A program made the translations under genes and the position numbers. Below are positions 1 to 10,747 of a stretch of 64,000 nucleotides of DNA, in pieces (position 1 is the stretch's first letter; each line of letters starts with the position of its first letter). Below the pieces are notes generated by a model. It saw only the letters and a program-made list of their open reading frames with translations. It did no database searches and was not told where the DNA came from. The DNA is from Histomonas meleagridis 2922-C6/04-290x (Eukaryota; Protista; Parabasalia): NCBI GenBank assembly GCA_020184695.1, contig JAANOX010000149.1, forward strand, positions 124,001 to 188,000, given 5' to 3'.

Positions 1-143
1 GATATAATCGTTTTCATTCATTTCACTTTTTTGCCAATGAAAATGATACAAATTTTCCGGGTGCCCCTGAATCCCATCGAATAATTCAATCCGAAATTCG
101 GTTTTAAGTTATAAATAGCCGGCCACTTAATTTATTTTCAATA

Positions 144-1799
144 ATGTCTGCAGTAGATGAATTGAAAGCGCAAGGAAATGCAGCATTCCAAAAGAAGGAA
201 TACACAAAAGCGATTTCCCTGTACACTGATGCCATTGATATGGACACAGATAATTATACTCTTTATTCAAACAGAAGTGGCGCTTACTGCGCTGCCAAAA
301 AGTATCAACAAGCAGCCGCTGATGCACGAAAAGTTATCTCTCTTAAGCCAGATTGGGTTCGTGGATATACACGTTTAGGCGCAGCTCTTCAAGGTCTTGA
401 AGATTGGGACGGAGCTATTGAAGCGTATCAAAAGGCGTCTGAATTAGACCCCGCAAGCCAAGCAATTAAGGAAGACCTTGCATATGTCCAACAGCAAAAG
501 AATCAAGAAAGCCAAGGCCCACAAGGCGGCTTTGGAATGGACCAACTCTTCTCCCCGCAAATGCTTGAGATGCTTCGAATGAATCCAAAGATCGCCCCAA
601 TGTTTAATGATCCCTCATTCGTCCAAATGATCAACGACCTCAAAGCAAACCCACAGAATGCCTCAAAGTACCAAAACGACCCACGCCTCATGCAGGTCCT
701 CCAGGCGCTCCTCGAGCCGTTCATGAAGAGCCAGCAAGCTGCGCACGATTCAGAGGAACCGCCAGAACCTCCTAAGCCTGCAGAAAAGCCAAAAGTTTAC
801 GAGGAGCCGCCAAAGCCAACAAAAGAGCCTAAGCAAGAAGCAGAGGAAGAGAAGAACCTCGGAAACGCCGAGTTCAAGAAGGGCAATTATGAAGAGGCAT
901 TAGCCCATTATGATGCAGCTATTAAGATTGACCCAACGAATGTCCTATATTACACGAACAAGGCTTCCGTCCTTTCCCGCCAAAAGAAATACCAAGAAGC
1001 TATTGACCTTTGTAATGAGGCTATTAAGATCGGCCGTGAAAATACAGCTCCTTACGAACACATTGCTCGTGCGTACCAAAAGATTTCAACTAACTACGTC
1101 GCTCTTGGTAATCTTGAACAAGGTATCGAGGCATTGAACTCATCATTATTAGAAAAACAAGATCCACAAGTTCGTCGTGAAAAGAAGCGTCTTGAAGATT
1201 TGTTGGCTAAGCGTAAGGCAGCCGAGTATGAAAACCCAGAACTCGCAGAAAAGGCTAAGAATGAAGGTAATGATTTCTTCCGCAAAGGCCAATTCCCAGA
1301 AGCAATTGAACGCTACAGCGAAGCTATTAAGCGCGCGCCACGTAATCCAGCATTATACTCCAACCGTGCTGCGGCATATTCCAAACTTGGTGAAATGCCA
1401 ATGGCAATTAAAGATTGTGAACGCGCCATTGAAATTGATCCAAAGTTTGCAAAGGCATACACACGTAAGGCTTATTGCCATTACGTCATGAAAGATTATA
1501 ACAAAGCACGTGATGCATATAACGAGGCACTTAAGGTTGATCCAAATAACGCAGAAGCTATCGATGGATTACAAAGTATTAACATACAAATCGCTAAGAA
1601 TAGATATACTGCACCAGATGAGGAACAAATTAGAAGATCTATGGCCGATCCAGAAATACAGAAAATATTACAGGATCCTGGCATGCAACAAATTTTGCAG
1701 GAAATACAAAGTAACCCGATGGCTGCCCAGAAGTATATGCAAGATCCTAAGGTAAGAGAAGCTTTCATGAAGTTGCAAACAGCTGGAATTCTTAGATAA
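144..1799 (+). CDS. STI1: Hsp70/Hsp90 organizing protein (STI1/HOP), TPR and DP domains
   Basis: Three TPR clusters (LKAQGNAAF, EKNLGNAEF, AKNEGNDFF; YSNRAAAY) plus two DP-repeat regions (DPRLMQ, MADPEIQKILQDP); 551 aa. Confidence 0.95.
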   Translation: MSAVDELKAQGNAAFQKKEYTKAISLYTDAIDMDTDNYTLYSNRSGAYCAAKKYQQAAADARKVISLKPDWVRGYTRLGAALQGLEDWDGAIEAYQKASELDPASQAIKEDLAYVQQQKNQESQGPQGGFGMDQLFSPQMLEMLRMNPKIAPMFNDPSFVQMINDLKANPQNASKYQNDPRLMQVLQALLEPFMKSQQAAHDSEEPPEPPKPAEKPKVYEEPPKPTKEPKQEAEEEKNLGNAEFKKGNYEEALAHYDAAIKIDPTNVLYYTNKASVLSRQKKYQEAIDLCNEAIKIGRENTAPYEHIARAYQKISTNYVALGNLEQGIEALNSSLLEKQDPQVRREKKRLEDLLAKRKAAEYENPELAEKAKNEGNDFFRKGQFPEAIERYSEAIKRAPRNPALYSNRAAAYSKLGEMPMAIKDCERAIEIDPKFAKAYTRKAYCHYVMKDYNKARDAYNEALKVDPNNAEAIDGLQSINIQIAKNRYTAPDEEQIRRSMADPEIQKILQDPGMQQILQEIQSNPMAAQKYMQDPKVREAFMKLQTAGILR

Positions 1800-2191
1800 A
1801 GAATTCAGTAAAGTATCGAAAAAGTACTTTTGTATTTAAAATAATCGTATTCTTTCGATTTGATGTGAGAGAACGTTTAAGTATTATAGTCTGTTTGTTG
1901 TTGTGTCTTTGAAGTTTTGATTTGATTTGTTAAAACACGTCATATGAATGCAATTACTGATTTTGTTATTTGATTCACTTTGAAATGAATCTGCCCAAAC
2001 TATCATTTTAAATTCCTACACTTAATGTTCTTTTGACACTGAACTCATTAATAGATAAACAATAATTGTTTGCTATAGAGAATGAAATTAAATAAAAGTG
2101 TCGTTTTTGATGTTGGGGTGCCCCAATTGAAGTGAATCAATTGATTGAAAAATTGTGTCAAACTGCTCTGATATCAAAAGTGGCATTTGGA

Positions 2192-4726
2192 ATGGAAGGT
2201 CAGCCCGGAGAAGTCCAAGAACTTGCAGCACGCCTCCATACCGGCGATGCACTCGAGCGAATTGATGCACTCGGCCGTATTGTTTCACTCAATTCCCAAT
2301 CAGTCGATTGCTCATCCGTATATCCCTCGATCCACCATATCACCGAATATTCCCTTGGCGGATACATCAAATCTCGACGTTACGTTGGTATTTTAAACGA
2401 AACATATCTTGAGAAGGCACCAAATATGACGAATACTGTTGTCCAAGGAATTCTTCTCGATTATGAAAAGAACGACCCATTAATTCGTGGTATTGCGGTT
2501 CGTCATGCAGGAAAACTTGCGAACGATGAAACAGTTGAAAAGTTATTACCAATAATATTACGCGGTGCATCATCCGAAGACCCATATGTTCGTAAGGCGT
2601 CAGCGTTTGCGATTCTTAACTTACACCAAACAAAGCCATCATATATCGACAGGTTCAAACTTAGTCCAATCCTTAAAAATCTGGTCGAAGATTCAAATCC
2701 AAACGTTGCAGCTAATGCAGTGTCAGCACTTACAGAGATTAATGAGTCACGTTCAGAACCATTATTTATCCCAACATCGACAACAGTCAATAACTTATTA
2801 GCAGCAATTGATCAAGCTACAGAATGGTCACAAGTTGAGATTTTAGACTTTGTATCGACATACAAACCACAAGATGCATCAGATGCGCGTGGAATTATCG
2901 CTCGTGTCTCATCTCGATTATCACATGTTAATGCAGCTGTTGTTTTATCGGCAATTAAATGCTGTCTACAAATGAATACATTCATTGATGACCAAGCTAA
3001 AGTTCGAGATACATTATCTAAAGTCGTATTACCATTAGTTACATTACTTAACAACAGTGCACCAATCCAATACATCTCTGTTAAATCGATATTGATTTTG
3101 TTACAGAACTATAAGCGAATGTTATCGAGTGAAGTATCGATTTTCTTTTGTAAATATGATGACCCATTATATATGAAATTAGCAAAACTTGACGTCATAT
3201 TAACATTATGTACCACCCAAAACATTGGTAAAGTTCTTGAAGAACTATTTAGTTATGCACAACAAACAGATACTGAATTTGTCCGTAAAAGTATTCGAGC
3301 TATTGGACGTATCGCAGTACAATTTGAATCAGCAGCTAATAGTTGTGTTGATAAACTTGTCGCATTAATTGATATGAGTACCAAACAATCAACGAAACTT
3401 CATTACATTGTTCATGAATGTATTGTTGTAGCAGTTGATATCTTTCGAAGTTATCCAGGTAAATATGAAGGAATTATTGAGAACATTAATAATGCGTTAT
3501 CAGATACAATTGATGATCATCGAGCACGTGCAGCTATGGTCTGGATCTTAGGAGAATATGCAGAAGATATAGGTAATGCTGGTGAATTATTAGATGCATT
3601 ATTCATTGATAACTTTTGTGAGGAAACACCAGATGTACAATTAGCTATACTTACTGCTGTTGTTAAGTATTATTTAGTATCTGAAGATGGTGATGATATG
3701 TTAAGACGTATTATTAATATGGCAACTAATCAAATTGATAATCCTGATGTACGTGATCGAGCATTTATGTACCTTTGGTTAGTATCTGAAGCACCTGATG
3801 ATGCAGCTGATATTATATTAACTAATAGAGAAAACCCACCGAAACTAAATATAGAATTATATTCTATTGATCCTCAACTTGTTAAACAACTTGTACCTCA
3901 AATTGGTACTTTAGCTATATTATATAACAAATTACCATCTGAATTCGTACAAAATACTCGTTTCATATCTATTGATCTTGGTGATAAAGTCGATGATGAA
4001 GAAGGTGGTCTTAGACAAGGTGAAACTTCATTTGATCAAATGTCATTACCTGTTTTGGTTGAAGCTAATAATGCTTATGGTGTAGAAGTCCGTGGTATGT
4101 TATTACGTGTTGGTGATCAAAATTCATTTGTATTACGATTCACAAATTATAGTGAAACACCACTTGAAATGAAGAAGATTGCATTCAATAAGAATATATT
4201 CGGATTTGCTCCTGGTGAATTTACATTACCTCCTTCTGTAAATCCACAGAAAACTTTGACAGTGAATATCCCCGTTGTATTCAGTGAACAACATTTAGAA
4301 GGTGCTCAACCTTCACCTAATATACAAATCGCTGTATTAGTTAATAGAGAAAATCCAATATTCTTCGAAGCACCTGCTAATTTGAACTTAATCCTTGTTC
4401 CTGCTGATCAAGGTGGTAAACTTACAAGAGAACAATTTATGTCTACTTGGCAAGGTATTAGTGATGATAGTGAAATCAATGATGTTGTACAAGGTGCTAG
4501 AATTGATTCTATTGATGTAGCTAAGCATAAGATGCAACAAAATAGATTGTTCTTTATTGCTAAGAAAGAAAACTGTGCTTACTTCTCTGGTAAAACTATT
4601 AAGGGTGAAATATTGATTGTATATATAGTCTTTGAAGAGAATGCAAGATGTACAGTAGGAATTAAGATGTACAACAAGCAAGTTTCATCTGTGATCCTTG
4701 AATTAGTGAAGCAATCAATTCAATAA
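2192..4726 (+). CDS. Adaptor protein complex (AP-1/AP-2) beta subunit, beta-adaptin
   Basis: Adaptin N-terminal HEAT motifs (DPLIRGIA, EDPYVRKAS, DSNPNVAANA, KYDDPLYMKLAKL, NPDVRDRAFMYLWL) and C-terminal appendage. ORF track opens at GTG 2132; first ATG is 2192. Confidence 0.92.
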   Translation: MEGQPGEVQELAARLHTGDALERIDALGRIVSLNSQSVDCSSVYPSIHHITEYSLGGYIKSRRYVGILNETYLEKAPNMTNTVVQGILLDYEKNDPLIRGIAVRHAGKLANDETVEKLLPIILRGASSEDPYVRKASAFAILNLHQTKPSYIDRFKLSPILKNLVEDSNPNVAANAVSALTEINESRSEPLFIPTSTTVNNLLAAIDQATEWSQVEILDFVSTYKPQDASDARGIIARVSSRLSHVNAAVVLSAIKCCLQMNTFIDDQAKVRDTLSKVVLPLVTLLNNSAPIQYISVKSILILLQNYKRMLSSEVSIFFCKYDDPLYMKLAKLDVILTLCTTQNIGKVLEELFSYAQQTDTEFVRKSIRAIGRIAVQFESAANSCVDKLVALIDMSTKQSTKLHYIVHECIVVAVDIFRSYPGKYEGIIENINNALSDTIDDHRARAAMVWILGEYAEDIGNAGELLDALFIDNFCEETPDVQLAILTAVVKYYLVSEDGDDMLRRIINMATNQIDNPDVRDRAFMYLWLVSEAPDDAADIILTNRENPPKLNIELYSIDPQLVKQLVPQIGTLAILYNKLPSEFVQNTRFISIDLGDKVDDEEGGLRQGETSFDQMSLPVLVEANNAYGVEVRGMLLRVGDQNSFVLRFTNYSETPLEMKKIAFNKNIFGFAPGEFTLPPSVNPQKTLTVNIPVVFSEQHLEGAQPSPNIQIAVLVNRENPIFFEAPANLNLILVPADQGGKLTREQFMSTWQGISDDSEINDVVQGARIDSIDVAKHKMQQNRLFFIAKKENCAYFSGKTIKGEILIVYIVFEENARCTVGIKMYNKQVSSVILELVKQSIQ

Positions 4727-4884
4727 ATCAAAAATAACATCAAACTTTCTATACTTTACTTAAATCTTCGTTGGGGTGCCCCAATAACCACTTTCATTTA
4801 ACAGTATAAAATCTTTCAGCGTCATATAAAGTTCAGAAAGTTTTATCGTTTCGAAATGAAAATTTAAAGATAATATTTTAGTAA

Positions 4885-6156
4885 TTACATTTCTTGACTT
4901 TGTAAACTAACCTCTGACCCAATTATGGGTTTCCTGACTGCTACTGGACGAGACATCCTTCGAGGTACTAAATTTGGATTTGGACGACTTAATGTCTTCA
5001 CTTTCATTAATGATCGAACATCCATTTGTGTAGCTGATTGAGATGTTGGAATTGTTTGGCGCTCAACCATCCGCCATTGAGGTAGGCTTTCTCTTTCTTG
5101 TGCCTTAACTTCGCCATTGGGCATCGAAAACAAAAGTCTTCTTCTTGGCTGTGGCTTTCGACACGTCATAAGTTTGTCCTTTAGCTCTTTCATCATTTCT
5201 TTGATTTTTTGTCTCGCAAGTTGTCGATAAAATATTGCAGTATCACATTTATCAAATGGATTAGTCACACCAGTAATGTTAATTCCGGCGTTAGAAATTT
5301 GATCGATGATTTCTTTGTCATTAATTGTGTTATAAACAGAATCAAATTTGAGTTTAAAATCTTCAAGAATAGCATATTCACTTTGTGAAAACCATGCATG
5401 TTCTCGGATGCTGGATAGATTTGGTCTTTTTTCGGGATCTTTTAATAATAATTTCTTTAAAAGATCAGTTAAGGGCGTTGATAAAAAAGGTGGATATTGT
5501 ACTTCGGTATAAACAATCTTTTGAAGTAATCGTTGTGTGTTTTCATCAAAAAATGGTAATTTTCCCGATACTAAAAAATATAGAATTATTCCACAACACC
5601 AAATATCAGAAGCGCTAGTTCTGGAATTATGCTTAATCATCTCAGGGGCCGCATAGGGAGCGGATTTAATGGAATTAATAAAAAGATTATAATTTGAAAT
5701 TCGAATGTGCTTGTTTTGATCAAGATAAATACTTTGAGGATTAAGGACATAATGATAGTTATAATTTTTTTGTTGAAAATATTCAAGTGTTTGGATAATT
5801 TCAGAAAAATATTGACCAGATTCTTCTTCTAATAGACGCCCATTATTGTTAACATAATCATAAAGGGTTCCATTTTCAGAGTATTCTTCAACTAAATAAT
5901 AGTTATTACCATATTCAATACATTCATAAAGATCAGAAATAAAAGGATGGCCCAGAAGTAGAGCGTCTGATATTTCATGAATAAACTGACTTTGCGCGTT
6001 TTCTGTGTCGAATGATTTTGGTATTATTGTGATTAAAACTTTATTTTGAAAAAATTTATTTTGTGCAACCCATTTTGTTGTATTAGAATTATCATTTAGT
6101 GGCATTAGGAAGGTATAATTTTTGATTGTTGTTTTACCAGGAATTATTTGGTCCAT
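4885..6156 (-). CDS. CAMK-family protein kinase-like protein, probably a pseudokinase
   Basis: APYAAPEM, DIWCCGIILY, GKLPF and DPEKRP are present; VAIK, HRD and DFG are replaced (VLITII, HYVLNPQS, ISNYN). Confidence 0.85.
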   Translation of the reverse strand: MDQIIPGKTTIKNYTFLMPLNDNSNTTKWVAQNKFFQNKVLITIIPKSFDTENAQSQFIHEISDALLLGHPFISDLYECIEYGNNYYLVEEYSENGTLYDYVNNNGRLLEEESGQYFSEIIQTLEYFQQKNYNYHYVLNPQSIYLDQNKHIRISNYNLFINSIKSAPYAAPEMIKHNSRTSASDIWCCGIILYFLVSGKLPFFDENTQRLLQKIVYTEVQYPPFLSTPLTDLLKKLLLKDPEKRPNLSSIREHAWFSQSEYAILEDFKLKFDSVYNTINDKEIIDQISNAGINITGVTNPFDKCDTAIFYRQLARQKIKEMMKELKDKLMTCRKPQPRRRLLFSMPNGEVKAQERESLPQWRMVERQTIPTSQSATQMDVRSLMKVKTLSRPNPNLVPRRMSRPVAVRKPIIGSEVSLQSQEM

Positions 6157-6413
6157 AACTTGGAGCCTGGTAAGATTTGGTTATATAAAAAAGTGCCAGT
6201 GTATTTCTGGATTTCAATAGAACCATAAGATCCTGACACCTATCAATTTGTGAAGTTAATTGGCTGCCAGTGTCAAGATCCGCAGCTTTTTGAGAGAGTT
6301 ACATGTTCGATTTGTGAGGTATAAAAAATTTTGATAGAGGTTGACGGATGTATAAATTATTCAAAAATCGATTTGACCAAGCCGCTTTTTTAGTGTAAAA
6401 AAAAGTGTTAATA

Positions 6414-6841
6414 AAGTGCCGGCCACAAAAATTAAAACAGTTAATTTATTATATATTATGTATAACCTCTAAATATTGCTTGAAAATCTACTTTTGTCTT
6501 ACTTCTAATTAATTTTTTGCTTGTTCCTCTCTTTCTTTCCAATTTTTATGATCGATATCTAATCACATTGAATCTCAAATAAGTCATTAATAATGCTGAA
6601 ATTTATATTTTATATCATATTTTATTACATTAGAATTTTATTTACTAAAAAAAATTTCTTGTAATTTTTATATACAGACTTTTTGCAACTAGGCTCAGCA
6701 AGGGGGTCCCTCAATAACGAAAAATACATTGATTTTTTGCACTTAATTTTTGTTGGACTAATATGACATTTAATATTTTCCCAACAGTTAAAAGTGGACA
6801 ATTTTTGGCATCCAGTGGTCAAATTTTTGTGGCCGGCACTG
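6414..6841. mobile_element. Non-autonomous Tc1/mariner-like MITE (about 428 bp)
   Basis: Perfect 19-bp inverted repeats AGTGCCGGCCACAAAAATT (6415-6433 and 6822-6840). Right end reads CAGTGCCGGCC on the minus strand. TA at 6412-6413 and 6842-6843 is a putative target-site duplication. No transposase ORF. Confidence 0.8.
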
Positions 6842-7292
6842 TAAAAGTAGTTTAAAAAAAAAAGAATAATAAAGATGGAATTATGTAAACATATTTTTGC
6901 ATAATATTTATGTTTAAATAAAATGAGCTAGCTTAGAATGTAACATATTTGTTTTATATCGAATTCTGAAATTAGAAATTTCAAAAAAGAAAATCAAAAT
7001 TAATGCATTTTTTCAGGGTTAAAATGGTTACAATGATAAAATATGTAGAGATAAACATATCTTTATATTTTTTTTTTAAATTTTGATTAAAATTCAAAAT
7101 CGAAAAAATTATTGTGTATAAGTTTGTGACATTGCGCATATTGTTTTGCTATATAAATGATCATTTTGTTCTCAGTTGAATTGTCAAATTGAGATAATTT
7201 GATGATTTTCCTCTCGTTAAGTTCATTACTTTATATTAAACTTTATAATTTCATTAAAAAGAGTACGGAATTTGACTAATGAACCCAATGAT

Positions 7293-7802
7293 ATGCCTTT
7301 ACATACCCGAATTTTTTTTATGATATTCTTCATCTTATGCTTAACACCTTGGATGATCTTTTTCTTTCCTCTTCTCATTGTTTCCAAATTGTTCAATTCA
7401 AATATTCACTGTGTTTGTCCAAATTCAAATAGGTTTCTTCCATGCCCATGTATTGAAGGTAATATGGTGTTGTTTTGCTTGGGAATATTTTATTGTTTTT
7501 CAAAATCTTGGTGTTATTTATCAGGCAATTTCCTTTGTTGTGGAAAGCCATCCTGTTGCAGACACTATACTTTAGATGTACGAGTGAAGAATGTGGATGT
7601 TGCTGCTGTCCTGATCCATCTGAAGAATCCACTGAAATAGCCAATAAACGAAGGTCAAATGGTGCTTCTGCTGTAACTATTCCAACAGATCCAATGAACA
7701 ACTAATCCTTATTTCGATGAAGAACCAGCATATCAAGGATCACAGTACTATCCACAAGTAACTAGTGATATGATGCTTGAAGATAACTTAATACCAAATT
7801 AA
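7293..7802 (+). pseudogene. Cysteine-rich small membrane protein with an apparent compensating pair of frameshifts
   Basis: Hydrophobic segment IFFMIFFILCLTPWMIFFFPLLIV and Cys-rich motifs in the 7272 frame. The protein-like continuation (YFRCTSEECGCCCCPDP) is in the 7475 frame from 7568, then returns to the first frame at 7698 (TTNPYFDEEPAYQGSQYYPQ, stop 7800-7802). Confidence 0.5.
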
Positions 7803-8300
7803 GCATTAACAAAATAGTAAAAGAAATGTATATAAACTTTCACGCGAAAAACCTGTAGACCAACAACAAAATTTTAAGATAAATCATAAATTTTTATATA
7901 GTTTGTTAGCAAATAGAAATTTTAACATATGTTCAGTTACAAAAATGTGAGTTGGTTAAAATATGTAAACTGCAAAAATTAAGAAAAAAAATTGTTGAAT
8001 ATATATATATATATATTGCTATATATGTTTTCTATGAATAATGCTACAGTATATGCGTTGGTTATAAGAAGGTGTCGGTCTACAAGTTTTCACTGCAGTC
8101 TATAGTCAATAATTTGTGCCAATGATAACCTTTCAAATGATTATTGAAAAAAATATATCACATTTTTTAAAAAAAAAGTTTAAAATAATATTTTTTATTT
8201 AACTTCATATATTAAATAACACTTTGATACAAATAAATTTCATAATCAATAAAAATGTTTTAAATTTATGAATTATATTCTTATTGAATTTTAATACACA

Positions 8301-10208
8301 TTAAAGTGATTTTATTTCTTCTTCCATTTTCTCTATTTCCTTTTCATATTTCTTTGCGATCTTAAAGTCGCATAACTTAAGCGAAGGTGTTTGTAATCCA
8401 TTTTCAGTTGTAAATTCCTCATTTGTCAAGTAAACGTTTCTAATTTTTTCGAAACCATTTAAATTATTTTCTTTTGCTTTTTCGTCCAATATTTGCAACA
8501 TTTTTTCCTTTGTTACATTTTTCATGTTATCATTATCCACCACTACAATTGCCACCAAAAATCGACTTTGCATTCCTGCGTGAATATATATTTGGCTTAC
8601 ATATTGAGCAGTTGAATAAATTGCGCGTAACTTACCAAGTGATACATATTCTCCTTGTGACAATTTAACTAATTCTTTACACCTTCCAATCATTTGGAAT
8701 TGTCTTGTTGGCGTTAATTGGAATATATCTCCTGTCTTAAACCACCCTCCATCTGCAAATGCGTTTTTCGTTGATTCTTCATCTTTATAATACCCTTTAA
8801 AGATCGATGTTCCACGTAATAATAATTCGCCTTGTAAATCCTTCGAATAAAAGTTTAATTCGGGTACATCGCGAAGTTTCGCTTCAGTACATTTAAGTAA
8901 TACGCCAACATTACCATTTTGTACATCAGTGCTCTTTTGTACCATTGTACCTGCTGTAGTTTCGGTGAGTCCATAGCCTTGAATGAACGAAACATTAAAT
9001 GCAATTTTAAGATAATTTTGCGTGTCTGTCGATAGTGCAGAGCCTCCACATATTAAAAGTTGGATTTCGCCACCCATTGCATCACGAACTTGTGTAAATG
9101 CTTTGTCTAGAATTGGAACATGTTGAAATCGAAGTTTGTTCGTGATAAATGATTTGATATAAAACGCAGTGTTAAATAAACTTCGAATTAAAAATGGCTT
9201 TTTGGAGATTTGAAGTTGGAGTCCATCCATAACTCGCTCAAATACACGTGAAACACCTATAAATACTGTGGGCTTAAACAATTTGACTTCATCAATTAAA
9301 CGCTTAATACTTCCGGAATAAAAGCCAATGTAACCAAGACATTTGATTCCAACAATATGAATAACAGATTCATAAACATGCGCAAGTGGTAAATATGATA
9401 AAAGTCGATCATCCGATTTAAATGGATATACAAAGGTATAAAAACATGAAGCTGTGGACATAAGATTTGTGTGTGTAAGAATACACCCTTTGGGGTACCC
9501 CGTGGTGCCACTAGTGTACATAATTGTGGCTGGTGAATCAGGTGTTGGTGGTCGCTTTGGAAATCGTTCTGTGGTAGAAAGGGCATCTCGATATTTGGTT
9601 ATTGTGATATTTGGAAATGGTGATTGAATAGTATTTGGTGATGGTGATTCTTCTGCATCAATAATAACAACATTTGTGACAAAAGGAAGATCACCAAGAA
9701 CCTTAACTAAGTCGTTATATTTTGTAGAAATAACAAATATGATTTTGATATGAGCATGATCAATAATATATTTGATATTTTCCCAGCCAAATGTGTCATA
9801 TATTGGAACTGTGACAAAACCATATGCATAACATGCATGTTGAACTGTGATCCACTCAATTCGATTATAACTAAGAATACCAATACAATCGCCCATCTTT
9901 GCACCGTTTTGGATTAGGAATGACCCAATGCTGTCTCGCATTTCTGCTATATCTGTACGAGTATATGGTTTCCATCTATCTTGCCATTGATTATTTTCAA
10001 AAACACGCATTCCATACAAATAATTGTCTGGCGCAATTGATTTTGTATATTCGAAAAGATCGAATATTGTACCAACTTGAGGAAGATCAGGAAATCTTGA
10101 CATGAAATTTTCTGGTGCATAATTATTTGTTTGAGGAGCTCTAATTATAGGAGACTCTCCTGGTAAAGGGTCTTCATTTGAGATTGTGCATGATGTGTCA
10201 GAGCCCAT
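8301..10208 (-). CDS. Long-chain fatty acyl-CoA synthetase (AMP-binding enzyme)
   Basis: IMYTSGTTGYPKG, YLPLAHVYE, QGYGLTET, GWFKTGDI, IGRCKELVKLSQGEYV. Confidence 0.95.
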   Translation of the reverse strand: MGSDTSCTISNEDPLPGESPIIRAPQTNNYAPENFMSRFPDLPQVGTIFDLFEYTKSIAPDNYLYGMRVFENNQWQDRWKPYTRTDIAEMRDSIGSFLIQNGAKMGDCIGILSYNRIEWITVQHACYAYGFVTVPIYDTFGWENIKYIIDHAHIKIIFVISTKYNDLVKVLGDLPFVTNVVIIDAEESPSPNTIQSPFPNITITKYRDALSTTERFPKRPPTPDSPATIMYTSGTTGYPKGCILTHTNLMSTASCFYTFVYPFKSDDRLLSYLPLAHVYESVIHIVGIKCLGYIGFYSGSIKRLIDEVKLFKPTVFIGVSRVFERVMDGLQLQISKKPFLIRSLFNTAFYIKSFITNKLRFQHVPILDKAFTQVRDAMGGEIQLLICGGSALSTDTQNYLKIAFNVSFIQGYGLTETTAGTMVQKSTDVQNGNVGVLLKCTEAKLRDVPELNFYSKDLQGELLLRGTSIFKGYYKDEESTKNAFADGGWFKTGDIFQLTPTRQFQMIGRCKELVKLSQGEYVSLGKLRAIYSTAQYVSQIYIHAGMQSRFLVAIVVVDNDNMKNVTKEKMLQILDEKAKENNLNGFEKIRNVYLTNEEFTTENGLQTPSLKLCDFKIAKKYEKEIEKMEEEIKSL

Positions 10209-10423
10209 TTCTTAAGCCAATAAAAAAAAGAACAGAATTTTCTATGCAATTCAATTTTCAAAAAGTCAAACTTCTCAAACCGCCTTTTGACGTTAAAAAA
10301 TTGGAGCAGCCCAAAATTCAATTCTTAATTGGTTAATGCATTCAAAAAAAATCTCTACTAATTGAATTGAAAACGATTGTTCATAGTTTACGATCAAAAA
10401 CAAAGCAAAACCCAAAACAAAAT

Positions 10424-10670
10424 TGTTTTTAACCAATTTAAGAATGTGCTTTGTAACAAGTCATTTGATGTGATACTGTTTTTAACCAATTTCATAATGC
10501 ACTTTCGCAAAAAGTAAATTAAATGAACTGTTTTTAACCAATTTCATAATGTTCTTTATTCATTTGATGTGTAATTGTTTTTAAACCAAATTCATAATGC
10601 GCTTAGTCACAAGTCAATTAAATTTTTTTCCTGTTTTTAAAATTTCGTGATGTTCTTTATTCATTTGGAA
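10424..10670. repeat. Degenerate minisatellite: five copies of a ~23-bp core with variable spacers
   Basis: Core TGTTTTTAACCAATTTCATAATG begins at 10424, 10477, 10529, 10576 and 10632 (periods 53, 52, 47, 56). Confidence 0.8.
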
Positions 10671-10747
10671 CTGCTTATTTTAATTGCTTAAACAACACTT
10701 AATACGACACTGTTTATTTTTAGCTTTTGTTAGTTTTACATATTTCA

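Noticed and set aside
118-126. GCCGGCCAC upstream of STI1, similar to the MITE TIR core
   Set aside because: Only 9 bp, with no partner repeat or TA flank.
6702-6711. GGGGGTCCCT inside the MITE as another GGGGYRCCCC copy
   Set aside because: Two mismatches to the consensus; not counted.
10424-10670. CRISPR array
   Set aside because: Eukaryotic context, no cas genes, degenerate repeats, and spacers share sequence with each other; kept as a minisatellite.
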